A stretch of DNA of 63,934 nucleotides, counting the filler, from Octopus bimaculoides (taxonomy: Eukaryota), in NCBI RefSeq assembly GCF_001194135.2. It is 5 parts of 4 records of this genome, joined end to end, with 100 filler letters (N's around TTAATTAATTAA, not from the genome) between each part and the next. Parts side by side here need not be neighbours in the genome. Positions count along the whole stretch, not along the records: positions 1 to 26,661 come from NC_068986.1; 4 more parts are not named here. One strand, given 5' to 3'. The notes under the pieces are model-generated. The model ran no database searches. It saw only the letters and a program-made list of their open reading frames with translations, and was not told where the DNA came from. The position numbers and the translations under genes are program-made. Below, one piece after another: positions 10,586 to 22,608 of the stretch. Each line of letters opens with the position of its first letter. Within the stretch, counting starts at the first letter, position 1.

Positions 10586-13136
10586 CTGAAAATGAATGAG
10601 TAAGTTTAATGTGCTTGTTGACTGTTAGCCTTTTTTTTTTTCTGTTATTGCAGTAGTAAGTTGTCTTTCATTAAAATTCTTGTTGTGGTTGTGTTAAACT
10701 AGTTCAGGGAGTATTGTATTGGTTTCTCGGTTTATGGTAGTTTTTATGTATATATAATGCCATATATTTATAATGCGCCATTGGCATTCATATAGATTAT
10801 AAGTCTGGTAAAGATATTTCTTGTTGAGGGGTTTCAAATTTACGGAGATTCTGGTGTGTGCGCGCACACAATGTATGCATGCATGTATACATAAATACAT
10901 ACAAACGCAATCATACACGCAAATACATACACACACACATATGTAGTGTGAAAGGGAGGTGTTTTTGTCCGTACATAGTATGTTTGTAAAAATATTACCC
11001 CCATGCCAGTTAATTTGGATCAGAACAGATTAAATTCTTATTTCTTCCATCCTAACACAAATATGTTTCCTTTATTTAAACTTGATGTGACCACAATATC
11101 TAAAGTGACTGTGTAATATAAGCACGTGAAACGTGTAAATCACTAGAAATTTGAAACCAATAATTAGTCCTAGTTTGATTTAATATACGCTTTATCGTCC
11201 AATAACGAATGTCAAGTCAGTCCAACTTGTAAATGACAAACAGTATTGCATCTATTATACAGTGATTCAAGAAATATATCCATCCTCGGGATATAGCGTC
11301 AAGGTATACTTCTCATCATATTCTTTGTGTTAAAGTACTATGTATCTCACAGACAGAAACTCTATTTTGCAAATATCATTGTAGAAAAGACGGATCTATT
11401 AAATATTCCTATTTACTTGAAAAGTAAGCTTATTTTCTTGAAGATAAGATACAATGACTCTCCCAGTGACATTTCCAGTACCTATTATTGAAATTTGATT
11501 TTCACTTTACTGAGGTTATCCATTTGCGTCAGTGGTTCATCGCTGTCATGGACTGAACAAATTTTCCTACTTTCATTCCAACGATACTGATGTCAGTGGT
11601 CAGTGATATCACAGTCATTATTTTATAACTTTGCCATTTGGCCTTTATTGGCATTGTTCCTGTTTTGAAGTGATTAATCTTGTCGTTTTACTTTTGCCGC
11701 TGCTGTGCTATTTTGTGGATGTTATGATTGAGTTTACCGTCACTCTTGACATTCACTCTTGGCATTAACATTGATATCATTTCATCTATTTTCACTATCA
11801 TTGTAACTATTGTCATTTTAACTCTTCATGTTTCGTTATCGCTGTCGTAACTTCTCTTTGGGTTGTCATTTCAGCTTAGAGAGTTGTCAGATAGAAATTA
11901 TCACAAGCTAGTGTTAGATGCACTTTTATCTTTAAATAATGATAATATTATTCATATGCTCTCTTAAATCGTATAATATTTTCTTACAATATTTGAAAAT
12001 ATAGAGCATTTCGTACAATCTATGATACAACTCTGATTTCAAAAATGATATACTATGACGTTATATAACATCAAGGGAAATTATATTCATGTAAATTTTC
12101 ATATCCTTTCACGAACTGAAAAGAAGTGATTCCCATTTTTTCAGTTTAGCTATAATGCCGTTCTAATTGCTTAAAATGTTAAATAAAACAGACAACAATA
12201 GATTCATATTACCTTCAAGATACTCGTGTTCTTGAAATTCTTGAGGTACCACCTATTTTACAAGTAGTCAATAGACTTCAGAACAGTTACTATGATATTA
12301 TAGATTCTATAGTGAAAAATCAATATTAAGACACTCTAAGACATCGTGTAGGGCAGAATCGTTACCGCACCGGAAAAATGCTTAATGCATTCCTTCCGAA
12401 TTTACATTCTGAATTCAAATGCCCTCGCTTTTTATCTTTTAGGAATCAATGAACTAGGTAAGAATTGAGCACGGGGATCGATGTAGTCGATAAAACTCCG
12501 ACCCGAAATTACTGGCTTTGTACCAAAATTTGAAACCAGTATTAAAACACTGTCGAATAAAATATTTATAAAGTTTATATGATTGTGTCAAAGATTACAC
12601 TCGGCATTTGTATGCTGGCTTAAATATGAAATTATCACACTTGAATTTTTGATAAAGCTGTGCTCGATATCTCTTTCTTTAGAATAATCGCGCGTTATAA
12701 AGAGAACAATATATTCATATATCTCTAATTATAGATGGTATTATTGAAACAGGCAAATGATTAAGAAGTTTGTTTGACAAACAAGTTAGTTTAATTTCGG
12801 TGTCATCCAGTGCCAATAGCTTATATGTATAGATACGAAGATAGAACTGCCAGGGCTACCAGCTACAAAGTAGAAGTCATATTGTCATACACGCTGCATG
12901 ACATGGAAGCTCTTCAGTTGTCTAATTTTTCGTTAGTGAATATATCATTTCCATTTATATATTTTGACAGCATGACAGCCAATTAGAACTATTCAGTGCG
13001 TCTATATGATATAGCACCTGTGCAAAATCCACATGGAGACCAAATGTAGCCTTGCCTGATAATTGCTAAATTTACTTCACTGTTCTCGGCAGGAAACCAT
13101 TTAATAATAAATTAGCTGATATATGACTACAAATGA

Positions 13137-13353
13137 GGAGGAAGAAGAGGAGGAGGAAAAGAAGAAGAAGAAGAAGAAGAAGAAGAAGAAGAAGAAGAAG
13201 AAGAAGAAGAAGANNNNNNNNNNNNNNNNNNNNNNNNNNNNNNNNNNNNNNNNNAGGAGGAGGAAGGAGAGGAGGAGGAAGGAGAGGAGGAGGAAGGAGA
13301 GGAGGAGGAAGGAGAGGAGGAGGAAGGAGAGGAGGAGGAAGGAGAGGAGGAGG
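13137..13353. repeat. Purine microsatellite (GAG/GAA)n, then a 15-bp AGGAGGAGGAAGGAG tandem, across an N gap
   Basis: Read directly. Confidence 0.95.
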
Positions 13354-13379
13354 ATTCTTTCATTTCTACTAAAATCACA

Positions 13380-13573
13380 AATCTAGGAAAATTTGGTCGA
13401 GGGAGTTAAATCACGTACATCAAACCCATTGTTCAGCTGCTACTCATTTTATTGTCTCCGAAAGAATGAGATGAAAATCGAACTCAGCAGAATTGGAGCT
13501 CAAAGCGCAAAGCCGGAGACATATAACGGAGCATTTTGTCCGACACGCTAACGATTCTGCCAGCTCACCGCTT
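13380..13573 (-). mobile_element. Degenerate SINE family C
   Basis: Ends with CACGCTAACGATTCTGCCAGCTCACCGC, the reverse complement of the family C head. Confidence 0.8.
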
Positions 13574-13639
13574 TCATTGTGTCATCAACCACAGTAATTG
13601 ACTGATACTTATGAACACGTTAATGAAGTTATGAGAAAT

Positions 13640-14230
13640 CGAAGCCGGAGTATATCTTATGGTAGAATTAGAAAATTTATGATTCAACATTACATGCTAC
13701 TTATTCTAGTAAACAATTTTATCGCAAAGAGATTCGTATGACTCAGTTCGTGATATTTTTTTAAAAAGCAGCTTAAACGTTTAGCTTCACTAAGAAAGAT
13801 AGACATTTAATTTGTGAAGACGTTAATTCTGGGTCATGAACAGAACGTGAAAGAGTAGTGATTGTTCACTGATTTCTCAAAGTCAGTTTCAAAGTAGACC
13901 TTCTTCATAACACAAATAAAATCATTTCTCTAATCATTACATATACTGCTTGAACGAAACTCCTTAGAAAATCGTGAGTCTGATTTTTGAAATAGTTCAG
14001 TTCCAGGAATATAAGTGCAACCTGCTGCTCATCACACTTTTGATTAACTTGCAGTTATGTTACAAGTGTTGTTATTATATTCGGACGGCAGCGTGGATAA
14101 GCGAATTGATTACGTTCATGACGCGTATCCCATTTGTCCAATGCAGAAAAAATGTTTTGAATAGTTATTTGTTGATCGTGAAAAAGTGCACCTTCCTGAT
14201 TTGCATATCAAGTTTGAAATAAAAACTTCT
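13640..14230 (+). pseudogene. Degenerate DNA-transposase relic resembling Chapaev (CMC superfamily) transposases
   Basis: Stitching frames gives LGHEQNVKE**LFTDFSK / SFKVDLLHNTNK / MSLIFEIVQFQEYKC / LINLQLCYKCC / KNVLN / LFVDREKVHLPDLHIKFEIKNF. These parallel, in order, the EWRLFIDSSK-SLKAVLLHNGNK ... LGLQLGYTKYCC ... LVDPEKIILPPLHIKLGLMKNF motifs I recall for this family. Confidence 0.65.
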
Positions 14231-17200
14231 TTTTTTAATTATATACAAACCTTGTGCGTGGATTTTTTTATACAGAAACTGGAGGAAGCCCGGCATATAT
14301 AGGTGTCTGATTGTACGTATATAAATATGTATAAACGTGTGTGTGTGTGTGTTTGTGTGTACGTGACTTTCTGTATGCGTTTCACCCTATCACAATTTGA
14401 AAACCAGTGTTGGTTTGTTTTCGTCCCAGTAATTTGGCGGTTCGGTAAAAGACATTGATAGAATTAGTATAAATGTAATATTATGCAATATATCATTAGA
14501 TATGTTTTAAGCTTTCGCTAAAAAAAAAACTAAGTGCTATAAGTGATGAACATGGTGAGAGTCTTGAACAAGATATTTCTAATCCAAAGAATCAATTCAA
14601 CGGCAACAAGAGTTCCAGTTTGCTTATGGACAATTGCTGAACAGTTAAAGCATGCATTCTTGCGACTGAGACAGCAGACACACAACCCAAACTACTTTTA
14701 AAAATAAGACAATTCTTTTTGATCGAAGTTTAATAAATGTGTAATGATATGGGTCTTTAAAATTAAATTGTACGGCCTAATATTGAAGAGATATGTTATA
14801 AATTTCTATGCATTCAGCACAATATATGGTAGGAATAACATATTTTCACTATTATAATAGGAAAAACAAGCAAGCATCAATAAATTCAATTCGGTTTATA
14901 AGTGACATGTAAATTGCTATCAATGAATAAAATATTAATTCTTTGGTTATTTATCTGATTCATTTTTACCAATAACAAAGAAAGCATATGTGAATTCACA
15001 TTTTGTTCAAAACCAAAAGCAATATTCTATACTAAAACAAGTAACAATGTTGTGGGGTTTAAGTATCTGGTATTATGACTATAACTTGGATGGAAAAGAG
15101 TAATGAAATGGAAGGACCGTTGGTAGAAATGATATAATATTGAAATAAATACACACTACACCCGGAAGTTAATAACGTTCAAGAGTTATCTTGAAGGTTT
15201 ACCCTTGTAAATAAATAAAAAAAACCTTCGTATCAGTGTGCCGAGTTGATCTATTTGTTATTCGAGTAAGAAATCAATATGTAGCCTTGATTTCTAAACA
15301 CACACACACATACATACACACTCACATACACGCACACACGGGGTGGGGAAAGAACTTGTGAGCATGTAGAATATCTAATGAAATGTATACTGCTTATTCA
15401 GAGGATTTTAAGTTGGTTTTTTTTTTGGTTTGTTATTTTTGTTTTTTTTTTTGTTTTTTCAAGAATAAGCAATATGAACAAGTCTTGTTATTTTGTGAAA
15501 ATTAAAAATAAATATTTCCTTTTACTGAAATATTTAGAGTATCTTCAAATACCAAATCATCCATTATTTATCATTTTGAGTTGCAGTAGCAATGTAGGGT
15601 TATACATTGTAGTTAGAAATCTATTTCTCTTTCTGTTTCAGTTACGTTCTCTTTTCTGTCAATTGTGAGAGCTTTTCTGTTTGCTGCTAAATCTACTGTT
15701 TCATATGGGGTTGTGTTTGGTTAATATCTCTCCGAAAACATAAATGTTTCAGTTGCAACATGTAAAATTATACTGTACCCTCCTTTTTCATAGACTCCCA
15801 AATTGACCAAATATGTATTCAACCAAATCCTTATTTCAGTTAAATATTAAGTGAAAATAAAATTAAATCGTTTAAATCTCAATTGTGATATTACTGTAGA
15901 ATCATACTATTCAACAAAAAATAGAGAATTATTATCTAAATATGCTTTCCTAGGAAGCCATTTTTACAGAAATCTGATCACCATACATCGTATATTATTA
16001 ATAACTAAGGTAAATATTCCTCTTCTATAGCTTTGAGATCTGTCATGTCCTCTCGTCTCTGAGTGCTTTTGAAACTGTTTATATGCCTAATTTTCGTGCC
16101 TTTATTTTCGTGGAAACTACATCACTCATACTTATCGTTAATTACAGCAGTATCGATTTCTAGTAATTGTTTCTTAAATCTCCAAAAATTTAACGTGAAC
16201 CTTTTATATGTTTGTATCCTTATTCTGGATGGAAATAATCACTCCAGATATGCTTCCTAGGACCGTATTTTTGTTGTTTCAATTATACCTCCTCCGGAGT
16301 ATTGCACTCCGAGTATGTCCACTTAGCTGGAGCAAAATGTGATACAGTTCAATTCCAGACGTGAAGTGAACTTTTTCTCTATGTGTATAATTCTTATCAA
16401 CCGATTCTGTTTTCAAAATGTTTTCACTTTAAATCTCAATGTTTGGCCGACGTTTATTTAGTTTTCTACTCTCACCCAAATTAACTTACTCATAGGAACC
16501 TCCATCTATTCACAATAAAAAATGTTGTCTACTCACTTCATGTGAGTGAGCCAGTTTTATCTGTTCATGTTCGAAATATCTAAACGAATGCCTTATAGGC
16601 TTATATCTTTTCAGTGAACGTCCACAATATTCTATGAAAACTATCTCGCATGTTTTTCACGATATTTTTTTCTGTCATACAGGTAAAAGCTACTGGATTT
16701 AATCCTCCAAGAAAATTAATAAAACAGGAAGAACTAATTTATAAACAAAATTTATACAGGTGTTGTCCAAAGAGCAAAATATGTTTATAGGGCCTAGCCA
16801 TTGCGTCAGCTATGTGTCCTGCTGTCATGACCAATTCACTTGATTCTCTCCCAAGAGAAAGTTTTAGCTATTTGCCAGCTCTCAGTTCTGATTAATCAAT
16901 CGTTTGCCAAGAGAAATTATAACAGAAAATAGGATTTGGAAAAGTTAACAGAACTACGTTAAAAATGCAGCTATATATCCGAAGCAAATTGTTTATATCT
17001 GACATAGTAACACATTGTCTACAATTACCAGGTCTAAGAATAAACAAAACTCTTTCAAATTAATATCCTTTCTTTAGATTATTAAAATTGATTCACAAAG
17101 TTTGTAGTAATGATTCAGTTTTATAAAGCACTGTCTCATTAACTAGTTAAAAAGACTTTACCTTCCACAGTTACAAAGGCGTTATAAAAATATGCATGAA

Positions 17201-17984
17201 CGACCCACACATTTTTTATTAAGTCAAAGAAAAATCGTATAGATCCGAGTACATAAGGCTATTGATTTCCTCAAAATAAAGTCGCCGATATTAAAATAAC
17301 TGCTTTTTGGAAATTTTGAAATTGCTAGCTATTATACCACTCGACTGAATTCAATCTCGTTCATTGTCTTCGCACCACCTATGAAACAGTTTTGTCAATT
17401 CTTCTTTTCTGCAGTATGCTCTATGCACGAAAACTCTTTTGACCCATATTTTCCTGTTAATAACTAATCTGTGACAAATATATTATCCATCAACTACACT
17501 ATCTCTATTTAGTAAACACACTTTCTAAGTGCTTAAAATTCATGTTGGTGACCCTCAATTCGCGCAAAAGATGAGAATAGATCCTTTAAAAACTACTCAC
17601 AGAACTACTCAGTAATAAACTATCGTATAAATATTTATATTCTAAATGGAAATTATATCGGATTTGGGATCTTTTCCTTTTGATCGGCAGGTCAATAAAT
17701 TAATTTTTTTAACTAAACACTTTCAAACTTCGGAAACTGGTAGAATCTGTCATACAGAACATCTTTTACTCTTAGCGTTGTTGAGAAAAGTTTCTATTTA
17801 TATTATTTCTATTTATATCATTTCTATTATATTTGTCGTATTTCGGTAATTTCAAACAATCAATGACGTGTATTCAGCTGAATAAAATTATTGCTGTTGT
17901 TTGTCAACAACAACAATCGGTGGTGTATATTTCGTTTGTCACTGTTATTTATGACATCGTTCGTGCGTTTGTACTGGTTTTACC

Positions 17985-18110
17985 TTTAGGGTTTTAGGGT
18001 TTTAGGGTTAGAGTTTTAGGGTGAGGGTTTTAGGGTTAGGGTTAGGGTTTTAGGGTTAGGGCTAGGGTTAGGGTTTTAGGGTTAGGGTTGGGGTTTTAAG
18101 GTTAGGGTTA
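17985..18110 (+). repeat. Telomere-like array of mixed TTAGGG/TTTTAGGG units
   Basis: About 18 G-strand units read directly, with variants TGAGGG, CTAGGG and TTGGGG; N gap 200 bp downstream. Confidence 0.9.
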
Positions 18111-18625
18111 CGGAAAAAGTGAAAAATGAAGACATTTGTGGGGGGAGCGGTAGGGGAGGCAATAATTTCAAAATTCCGATTTTTGGCAATTTTCCGGAAT
18201 CTCCGTATCCGAAAAGCTGGGTTTTGGGAAAAAAAAATTTTAAAAAAACAATAATTTGCGAGAAAATGAGTGGGGACGGGAGGAAGTCTTTCCGAAAATA
18301 ATAGCTGAAAANNNNNNNNNNNNNNNNNNNNNNNNNNNNNNNNNNNNNNNNNNNNNNNNNNNNNNNNNNNNNNNNNNNNNNNNNNNNNNNNNNNNNNNNN
18401 NNNNNNNNNNNNNNNNNNNNNNNNNNNNNNNNNNNNNNNNNNNNNNNNNNNNNNNNNNNNNNNNNNNNNNNNNNNNNNNNNNNNNNNNNNNNNNNNNNNN
18501 NNNNNNNNNNNNNNNNNNNNNNNNNNNNNNNNNNNNNNNNNNNNNNNNNNNNNNNNNNNNNNNNNNNNNNNNNNNNNNNNNNNNNNNNNNNNNNNNNNNN
18601 NNNNNNNNNNNNNNNNNNNNNNNNN

Positions 18626-18656
<31 letters not shown>

Positions 18657-19374
18657 TTTATTCAATGGATTTTTTACTTGTTCGAATCGTCTGAAGTATA
18701 TTTGAACTCGTCACAAGTTAGAAATGTAACTGACTCGAGATAATAGAGAGCATATGAAATTTAATGATAGCGTTAAAAGTAGCACGAGTTAGAAATAAAG
18801 TCGGTATACAATACAATATGTAAACAGGATGTTTAAATTTAGATTTTGTCATATATATTTCACAGTGAGAGCTGATTAAATGCAAAATGTTTAGCTAAGA
18901 TAAATTAGCAACTTCGTTTGAATTCAGAATTGCGTGCTAAGTGTTTAGAGGATGTTTGAATTATGAATATGTGCATTTCGTCAATACTATAATTTAGATT
19001 GTAAGATATAAAACATAAAGAATATATCATGTATATCACTTGCAACTGTGAACAGCGGCAGAATTTCAAAACAGACATATAAAAGAATATTTAGCAGAAA
19101 AGGAGGCAAAAAGCGAAATAGTGAAGATAGAAATTTATGCATGCAGATATTTAGATATAAAGTGATGCCTATACCTAAAAATATATAACTTTACTAACAC
19201 ATAGATGCACATACACAACACCACATATACGCACACACACGCACAAACACACACAAACACACACACATTCACACACACACACCACACACACATATATAAA
19301 TGAAATAAAACCAAATGATGATATTTTGAAAGCATTTAATACGTATGTTTCAGATCAAAATGTTTTATATATGA

Positions 19375-19684
19375 ACGGGCGAAGCTTAGCGGTGGGCTCA
19401 CGGTTGTAAGGAGTTGAGTTCAATTTCAGGCGGCGCGTTGTGTCGTTCCACAAGACATTTTATTTAACGTTGTTTCAGTCAACTCATCTGGAAAAGATAA
19501 GCAATATCTGTGTTTCAAAGAGCCAGACTCGTCATATTCTGTGTCACGGATCTTCCTCAGAACAACGTTACAGGTACCTGTGTCTGTGGAATGTTCAGCC
19601 GCCTGCTTGTTAATTTCATGAGCAGCCTGGTCCGTTGACTGGATCAACTGGAGACCTAGACAACGTAACCGACGGAGTGCCAGT
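19375..19684 (+). mobile_element. Degenerate SINE with a family-D-like head/body and a family A tail
   Basis: TTGTGTCGTTCCACAAGACATTTTATTTAACGTTGTTTCAGTCAACTCA matches the body of the 55010-55350 element; the 3' half matches the family A tail to ...GACGGAGTGCCA. Confidence 0.75.
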
Positions 19685-19796
19685 TGGTTACGTCATACAC
19701 GATATGAAATATATTCTTTACACAGTGCGTAAGAGATGTATTTCCCATTATATGTGACCAATGACCTGAAACGTAAGTATTACATGCATGCAAAAT

Positions 19797-19990
19797 ATTC
19801 TTTTCTACTCTAGGCACAATGCCCGAAATTTATGGAGAGGGGACAGTCGATTAGATCGACCTCAATACACAACTGGTACTTAATCTGTCGACCCCGAAAG
19901 GATGAAAGGTAAAGTCGACCTCGGCGGAATTTGATCTCAGTACGTAAACACAGACGAACTACCGCTAAGCATTTCGGCCGGCGTGCTGTA
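19797..19990 (-). mobile_element. SINE family C
   Basis: Reverse complement of the core, directly abutting an (AAT)n tract. Confidence 0.88.
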
Positions 19991-20004
19991 ATTCAAATGC
20001 CCTG

Positions 20005-20044
20005 AATAATAATAATAATGATAATAATAATAATAATAATAATG

Positions 20045-20093
<49 letters not shown>

Positions 20094-20096
20094 TAA
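20005..20096. repeat. (AAT)n microsatellite
   Basis: Read directly. Confidence 0.97.
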
Positions 20097-20255
20097 CATC
20101 GAAAAATACCTTAGGAATGAGAACCCAGGCTGGAAATTTCCCCAAGACACTTGATGAAGGCTTGAGGGTATATCTGCCGAAACGTTGTGTTAACAACAAT
20201 CAAGATGAGGACAAATATCTGTCAATCGTAAACGATGTAAATAATGTTAATGCTT
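20097..20255 (+). mobile_element. Probable Penelope-like element terminal-repeat relic
   Basis: Contains the (C)TGATGAAG...GCCGAAACGTT signature typical of Penelope-like termini and sits next to (AAT)n. No RT or GIY-YIG sequence is present, so the call rests on this motif. Confidence 0.6.
20146..20191 (+). ncRNA. Degenerate minimal type I hammerhead ribozyme
   Basis: Stem I GACAC (20146-50)/GTGTT (20187-91); core TTGATGA (C3 mutated to U); extra A; stem II GGC/GCC; GAAA (20179-82); CG palindromic stem III; UU cleavage site (20185-86). Confidence 0.6.
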
Positions 20256-20384
20256 TTCTTTATGTTCAGTCATAATACAGTTTTACGCGAATCTGATGAA
20301 TTGCACTATACTTTTGCAGAGTATAAGTTATTGTTGTTAACCTAGAACACTATTGACACTTTCTTCGAAGTTTCAGCCAGCTAA

Positions 20385-20770
20385 ACTATCCTCCAGAACT
20401 GGATGCTATTATATTGTAACAAAGGTATCAACCACACCATCTAAATTCAGGACTAGATACTGCAATAGTCTAGGGTTCAAAGGCCCACAGATCTTCAATG
20501 TCTTGCCACGAAAATTAAGTAATCTGCATAAGGTGGAATTAGAGGTCTTCAAAAAGGATCTAGACATCCTCTCCTCCACAATATCGGTTGAACCGGTGGC
20601 CCGACATGAGGTAGAGATGAGACAACGGAACCAAACTCATACACCAAATCGGAAAAGAGCTGGGACAAAGGCACATACATGAGTGGTGATGCGAAACACT
20701 CCAGACTGAAGAAATCAGCGAAACCACGGTGGTGTTCCAGCATGACCACAGCCGTGTGACTGAAACTAAT
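20385..20770 (+). mobile_element. 3' end of a CR1-like LINE (ORF2 C-terminus plus 3' UTR)
   Basis: YCNSLGFKGPQIFNVLPRKLSNLHKVELEVFKKDLD, homologous to the better-preserved copy at 36620-36945. The 3' tail matches the SINE B tail. Confidence 0.8.
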
Positions 20771-21362
20771 ATATAATATACATATTATATCATAACAATA
20801 AATATTCTCCGATTTGAAGCGACAATCTTTAAATACAAACAGATGACTGAAGTTTGATGAGCTAACCCTAGCCAGAATCGAACCCATAAATCATCACTTA
20901 CAAGGCTCCTTGCGCATCCGTTTGGGCCAAACGCTCATCCATTAATGTCAGCCAAATTTAATGAATATATATTCAAGCTGTCTAATACTACATATAGCAT
21001 TTGTAAACAAGCCACAAAGGTTTTGTAAGTTACGAGAGACACCTACTATGGAAAACTCATAGTAAAATAATTTAGCTGAAATTGATGGGTAAGCATTCAG
21101 CCCAATCAGATGCACAAGGAACCACGATAGCGTTGATTTGTGGGTTCGATTCTGACAAGGGTTAGCTCATGATGTTTCGGTTATTTTTCTGAATTTAAAA
21201 ACTGTCGCTTCAATTCAGGTAACATATATCATTATGCTATATTATTATACAGTTATTATTTTACTGAGTCTTCCATAATAGCTTCCTCTCCGCAACTTAC
21301 AAAGCCTTTCTGGCTTGTTTACAAATATTATATACACACACACACACACACACACGCACACA

Positions 21363-21400
<38 letters not shown>

Positions 21401-21880
21401 NNNNNNNNNNNNNNNNNNNNNNNNNNNNNNNNNNNNNNNNNNNNNNNNNNNNNNNNNNNNNNNNNNNNNNNNNNNNNNNNNNNNNNNNNNNNNNNNNNNN
21501 NNNNNNNNNNNNNNNNNNNNNNNNNNNNNNNNNNNNNNNNNNNNNNNNNNNNNNNNNNNNNNNNNNNNNNNNNNNNNNNNNNNNNNNNNNNNNNNNNNNN
21601 NNNNNNNNNNNNNNNNNNNNNNNNNNNNNNNNNNNNNNNNNNNNNNNNNNNNNNNNNNNNNNNNNNNNNNNNNNNNNNNNNNNNNNNNNNNNNNNNNNNN
21701 NNNNNNNNNNNNNNNNNNNNNNNNNNNNNNNNNNNNNNNNNNNNNNNNNNNNNNNNNNNNNNNNNNNNNNNNNNNNNNNNNNNNNNNNNNNNNNNNNNNN
21801 NNNNNNNNNNNNNNNNNNNNNNNNNNNNNNNNNNNNNNNNNNNNNNNNNNNNNNNNNNNNNNNNNNNNNNNNNNNNNNNA

Positions 21881-22266
21881 TAGGCGCAGGCGTGGTTGTG
21901 CGGTAACAAGCTTCCTTCCCAACCAATTGGTACCGGATTCAGTTCCACTGCATGGCACCTTGAGGTGTATTCTACTGCAGACTTGGGCCGACTAAAGCCC
22001 AGTGAGTGGATTTGGTAGACTGAAACTGAAAGAATCCCGTCGTATATATGTGTGTGTTTATTTGTATCAGTTTCTTGCCTCCACCACCTCTTGACAACTG
22101 GTGTCGGGGTATTTATGTGCCCGAAACTTAGCTGTTCAGCAAAATGTTCTGATACAATAAGAACCAGGCTTACAAAATAATTAGTGAGGTCGATCCATCC
22201 GACTAAAAATTCAAAGTGGTGTATGGCCGCACACGAATGACTGAACGAAATAAAAGAATAAAAGAA
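21881..22266 (+). mobile_element. SINE family B, near full length
   Basis: Head TAGGCGCAGGCGTGGTTGTGCGGTAA, B-box-like GGATTCAGTTCC, short central TA/GT tract, tail ...AAAAGAATAAAAGAAT. Confidence 0.88.
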
Positions 22267-22489
22267 TCACATATATACATCGTATAATTATATGGATTCA
22301 TAAGAATCTATGTATCTCAACACGTTAAACGCAAGAAATGGCCAGGTACGATAAAATAGATCTCTACATTGAGAAGGTCAAGTGTAGGTAGGGTACTCTA
22401 GATATGTATGTAACGGCTCGAATTTAAACCATGGATCCAACTCTGAGGTTGGTGCTTGGTATCGCGTAGCTATTAAAAAATAAACACGA

Positions 22490-22608
22490 CTGGTGATAAA
22501 TACTAGGCTTACAAACAATAAGCCTTGGGTCGGTTTGCTCGACTAAAAAGGCGGCGCAACAGCATGGCAACAGTCAAATAACTGAAACAAGTAAAAGAAT
22601 AAAAGAAT
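22490..22608 (+). mobile_element. 5'-truncated SINE family B (3' fragment)
   Basis: TACTAGGCTTACAAA...CAGCATGGCAACAGTCAAATAACTGAAACAAGTAAAAGAATAAAAGAAT. Confidence 0.85.

Noticed and set aside
11352-11426. Plus-strand mini-exon candidate (TETLFCKYHCRKDGSIKYSYLLE) with a GTAAGC donor
   Set aside because: Such short AG/GT-bounded frames arise by chance in AT-rich DNA; no partner exon or homology.
13123-13386. Poly-K/E/R ORFs
   Set aside because: Pure GAA/GGA microsatellite.
14570-14660. FLIQRI..IQR peptide resembling the C-terminus of NeSL/CRE-type retrotransposons
   Set aside because: Too short, and it needs frameshifts; cannot be supported.
16000-17460. Possible decayed coding sequence (helicase-like or other) on the minus strand
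   Set aside because: Frequent stops and no ordered motifs I can recognise.
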